Shown: piece by piece, positions 60,650-64,000 of the stretch
How the letters are laid out: the number at the start of each line of letters is the position of its first letter
How positions within the stretch are numbered: the first letter of the stretch is position 1
Assembly (NCBI RefSeq): GCF_013149785.1
Contig: NZ_JABEZU010000001.1
Coordinates: 868,001 to 932,000, forward strand
DNA: 64,000 bases
Source of the DNA: Isoptericola halotolerans
Lineage (GTDB): Bacteria; Actinomycetota; Actinomycetes; Actinomycetales; Cellulomonadaceae
Reading direction: 5' to 3'
Notes under the pieces: generated by a model
The model's database searches: none
Told to the model about the DNA's origin: nothing
Seen by the model: the letters and a program-made list of their open reading frames with translations, nothing else
Translations under genes and position numbers: made by a program

Positions 60650-61929
60650 CGGCGCCCGCCGTCACCGACACCGGGACGCAGCGGCTCGCCCCGTTGGTCG
60701 AGCCGGGCCGCGAGCTGTCCGACGCCGAGCTCGACCGGTACGCACGGCACCTCGCGCTGCCCGGTCTGGGTGTCGAGGGCCAGCGTCGTCTCGCGGCCGC
60801 CCGCGTGCTCGTCGTCGGGGCGGGGGGCCTCGGCAGCCCCGTCCTGCTGTACCTCGCCGCGGCCGGGGTGGGCACGATCGGCGTGGTGGACGACGACGTC
60901 GTGGACGTCACCAACCTGCAGCGTCAGGTGCTGCACGGCCAGGCCGACCTGTCCCGGCCCAAGACCGCCTCGGCGCGCGACGCGATCGCCGAGGTGAACC
61001 CGCACGTCGAGGTGGTCGAGCACCCGGTGCGGCTCGACCGGGACAACGTGCTCACCGTCCTGGGCGACTACGACCTGGTGCTGGACGGCGCGGACAACTT
61101 CCCGACCCGCTATCTCGTCTCGGACGCCGCGGAGATCCTCGGTCTGCCGGTGGTGTGGGGGTCGATCGACCGGTTCGACGGGCAGGTCAGCCTCTTCTGG
61201 GGTGCGCCCGGTGGGCCGGAGCGTGGTCCGACGTACCGGGACGTCTTCCCCGTCCCGCCCCCGCCGGGCACCGTCCCGGACTGCGCCACCGGCGGCGTGC
61301 TCGGTGTGCTGTGCGGTGCCGTCGGCTCGGCGATGGCGACCGAGGCGATCAAGCTGGTCACCGGTCTCGGCACCTCGTTGCTGGGGCGGCTCGCCGTGTA
61401 CGACGCCCTCGCGCTGGACTGGCGCGAGCTCACGGTCCGGCCCGACCCCTCCCGTGAGCCGGTGACGGCGTTGCTGCCCGGCGACGACGCCTATGCCGCG
61501 TTCTGCGGCCTCGGCCCGTCCGGCCTCGGCCCGTCCGGCCTCGGCCCGTCGGGCCTCCGCCCGACCGCCTCCGGTCCGGGCGAGGTGGCCGGCACCCTGG
61601 CGGGGGACCCGCAGATCGACGCGGCCGACGCCCGGGCGCTCCTCGTCGTCGACCCCCCGGCGGCGCTCGTGGACGTCCGCGAGGAGTGGGAGGCGCGGCT
61701 GCGTCCCGTGGACGGTGCCCGGCTGGTGCCCAGCGGGACGTTCCTGGGCACGGCGGGGTCCGATCCTGACGAGACCGCCCGGCAGGCCCTGGCCGCGCTG
61801 CCCGCGGACCGGCCGGTGCTGCTGGTCTGCGCGGCCGGTCCGCGGTCGACCGCGGTGGCCCAGGTCGCCCGGGCCCACGGGGTCGACGCCCGTTCCGTCG
61901 TCGGCGGCGTCCCGGCTCTGCTCGGCTGA
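60646..61929 (+). CDS. MoeB/ThiF-family adenylyltransferase with C-terminal rhodanese domain (MoeZ-like)
   Basis: RYARHL, VVGAGGLGSP, DDDVVDVTNLQRQ, DGADNFPTRYL, PDCATGGVLG, VDVRE..E, CAAGPRS. Confidence 0.9.
   Translation: MTAPAVTDTGTQRLAPLVEPGRELSDAELDRYARHLALPGLGVEGQRRLAAARVLVVGAGGLGSPVLLYLAAAGVGTIGVVDDDVVDVTNLQRQVLHGQADLSRPKTASARDAIAEVNPHVEVVEHPVRLDRDNVLTVLGDYDLVLDGADNFPTRYLVSDAAEILGLPVVWGSIDRFDGQVSLFWGAPGGPERGPTYRDVFPVPPPPGTVPDCATGGVLGVLCGAVGSAMATEAIKLVTGLGTSLLGRLAVYDALALDWRELTVRPDPSREPVTALLPGDDAYAAFCGLGPSGLGPSGLGPSGLRPTASGPGEVAGTLAGDPQIDAADARALLVVDPPAALVDVREEWEARLRPVDGARLVPSGTFLGTAGSDPDETARQALAALPADRPVLLVCAAGPRSTAVAQVARAHGVDARSVVGGVPALLG
61506..61550. repeat. 15 bp coding tandem repeat (GLGPS x3) in the interdomain linker
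   Basis: cggcctcggcccgtc x3. Confidence 0.85.
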
Positions 61930-61966
61930 CCCGCGGCCGCGTCGACGGCGCCGGGCACCCAGGGCG

Positions 61967-62803
<837 letters not shown>

Positions 62804-63067
62804 TCAGCCGCCCTGGACGGCTGCGACGATCTCGATCCGGTCACCGGCGCGGACCACGACGGACTCCCAGGTCCCGCGGGGGACGACGGCGTCGTCGATC
62901 GCGACGGCCAGTCCGCGGGGGGCCCCGTCGGCCACGTGGCCCGGCCGGAGCCGTGCCACCAGGTCGGTCAGGGGGATCGCGGCGTCCGGCCCGAGGTCGA
63001 ACGGCTCGCCGTTCACCTGGGCTGCCGTCGCCGGGTCGGGCGGCGCGTTGCTGGACGGGTGGTTCAT
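62804..63067 (-). CDS. thiS: Sulfur carrier protein
   Basis: VNGE, AVAIDDAVVPR..W, GDRIEIVAAVQGG C-terminal GG. Confidence 0.93.
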   Translation of the reverse strand: MNHPSSNAPPDPATAAQVNGEPFDLGPDAAIPLTDLVARLRPGHVADGAPRGLAVAIDDAVVPRGTWESVVVRAGDRIEIVAAVQGG

Positions 63068-64000
63068 CGGGTTCCTCCGTCGGTGCGAGGGTCGGTCGCG
63101 GGCGGCGTGAAGCGCCGCGGGTCCGTCGCCCGCAGGGCCGCGAGGGTGGCCGACGGGTCACCGGACGAGATGTCGACGTCGAACCAGGACCCGGTGAGCC
63201 CGGCGACGACGACGTCGGCGGTCAGGGGCGCCAGCAGGATCCCGTTGCGGTGGTGACCCGTGGCCAGGTGCAGGCCCGCCACGTGCGTCGGCCCGACGAG
63301 CGGCAGGTTGTCGGGCGTGCAGGGGCGGGCACGGGGAGTCGCCTCGATCAGGGCCGCCTCGTCGATCGCCGGCAGCAGTACCCGGGCGTCCCGCAGCAAC
63401 GCGTACACACCGCCGGCGAGCGCCCGCCGGTCGTCCGGGTTCTCCTCGGTGGTGGCGCCGATCACCAGCTCGCAGTGGCCCTTCCACGGGCCGTCGGTGG
63501 CGGGGGCGCGGGAGACGACGTAGACGGGGCGGCCCTGCACCAGCCCCCGCACGACGTGCCGGGGGGCGAGGTCGGGGTCCGCCTGCAGCCGCAGGGTCTG
63601 CCCCTTGACCGGCCGGACGGGGACGGCGACGTCGGGGATGTCGGTGAGCAGTGGCGCCGACGCCCAGCCGGCGGCCACGACGACCGCGTCGGTGCGGTGG
63701 CGGTGGTGGGTCTCGTCCACCGCCGCGACGACCCGGCCGCCGCGCTGCTCGAGGCCGACCGCCGCCCGCAGCACCACGGAACCGTCGGCGTGGTCGTCGA
63801 TCGCTCGCCGCAGCGCGGTGTGCGTCGCCCGCGGGTCGACGGCGTGGTCGCCGGGGACCCACGCCGCCCCGGCGAGGCGCTGGCCCAGCAGGGGTTCGCG
63901 CCGTCGTGCCTCGGCGACCGTCAGCTCCTGCGACGAGACGGCGTGCCGGGTGTGCAGCGCCAGGATCCGGCGCAGCAGGGCGGCGTCCGTGTCGTCATAG
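63064..64000 (-). CDS. thiO: Glycine oxidase (5'-truncated by window edge)
   Basis: VVAAGWAS, PVRPVKGQ, IGAT, RPCTPDNLP, ATGHHRNGILLAP; upstream of thiS-thiG. Confidence 0.9.
   Translation of the reverse strand, partial: YDDTDAALLRRILALHTRHAVSSQELTVAEARRREPLLGQRLAGAAWVPGDHAVDPRATHTALRRAIDDHADGSVVLRAAVGLEQRGGRVVAAVDETHHRHRTDAVVVAAGWASAPLLTDIPDVAVPVRPVKGQTLRLQADPDLAPRHVVRGLVQGRPVYVVSRAPATDGPWKGHCELVIGATTEENPDDRRALAGGVYALLRDARVLLPAIDEAALIEATPRARPCTPDNLPLVGPTHVAGLHLATGHHRNGILLAPLTADVVVAGLTGSWFDVDISSGDPSATLAALRATDPRRFTPPATDPRTDGGTR

Overview
High-GC actinobacterial chromosome segment (Micrococcales-like; taxon inferred from gene content and order only). The backbone is the conserved acpS-nnr-alr-tsaE-tsaB-rimI-tsaD-groES-whiB-guaB-guaB3 region, split by accessory blocks. 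These are an LLM oxidoreductase/FGE pair, a TlpA-CcdA-glutathione peroxidase operon, a ~15 kb urea block (AmiC-like sensor + MarR, Fur-family regulator + FecCD-type metal ABC transporter, urtABCDE-ureABC-ureFGD), gluconate genes next to phosphoketolase-pta-ackA, two ABC exporters and thiamine genes (thiO-thiS-thiG, MoeB/ThiF). groES has a CIRCE operator but no groEL behind it. The most striking unexplained structure is two paralogous genes (392-1324 minus; 55578-56591 plus) encoding an AbiEi-like N-terminal HTH plus a DUF559/Vsr-like nuclease domain. Each is bracketed on both sides by its own pair of ~57-62 bp palindromes. The first family shows fully compensatory substitutions between copies and has a gene-free copy at 48275-48334. 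Both families share a CGAGC(A/G)TGC outer core and near-identical span (56 vs 57 bp). This resembles the RAYT/REPIN layout but with a non-HUH nuclease, and is the best candidate here for an undescribed system. No CRISPR array, rRNA, tRNA or canonical transposase was seen. Start codons were chosen by eye.
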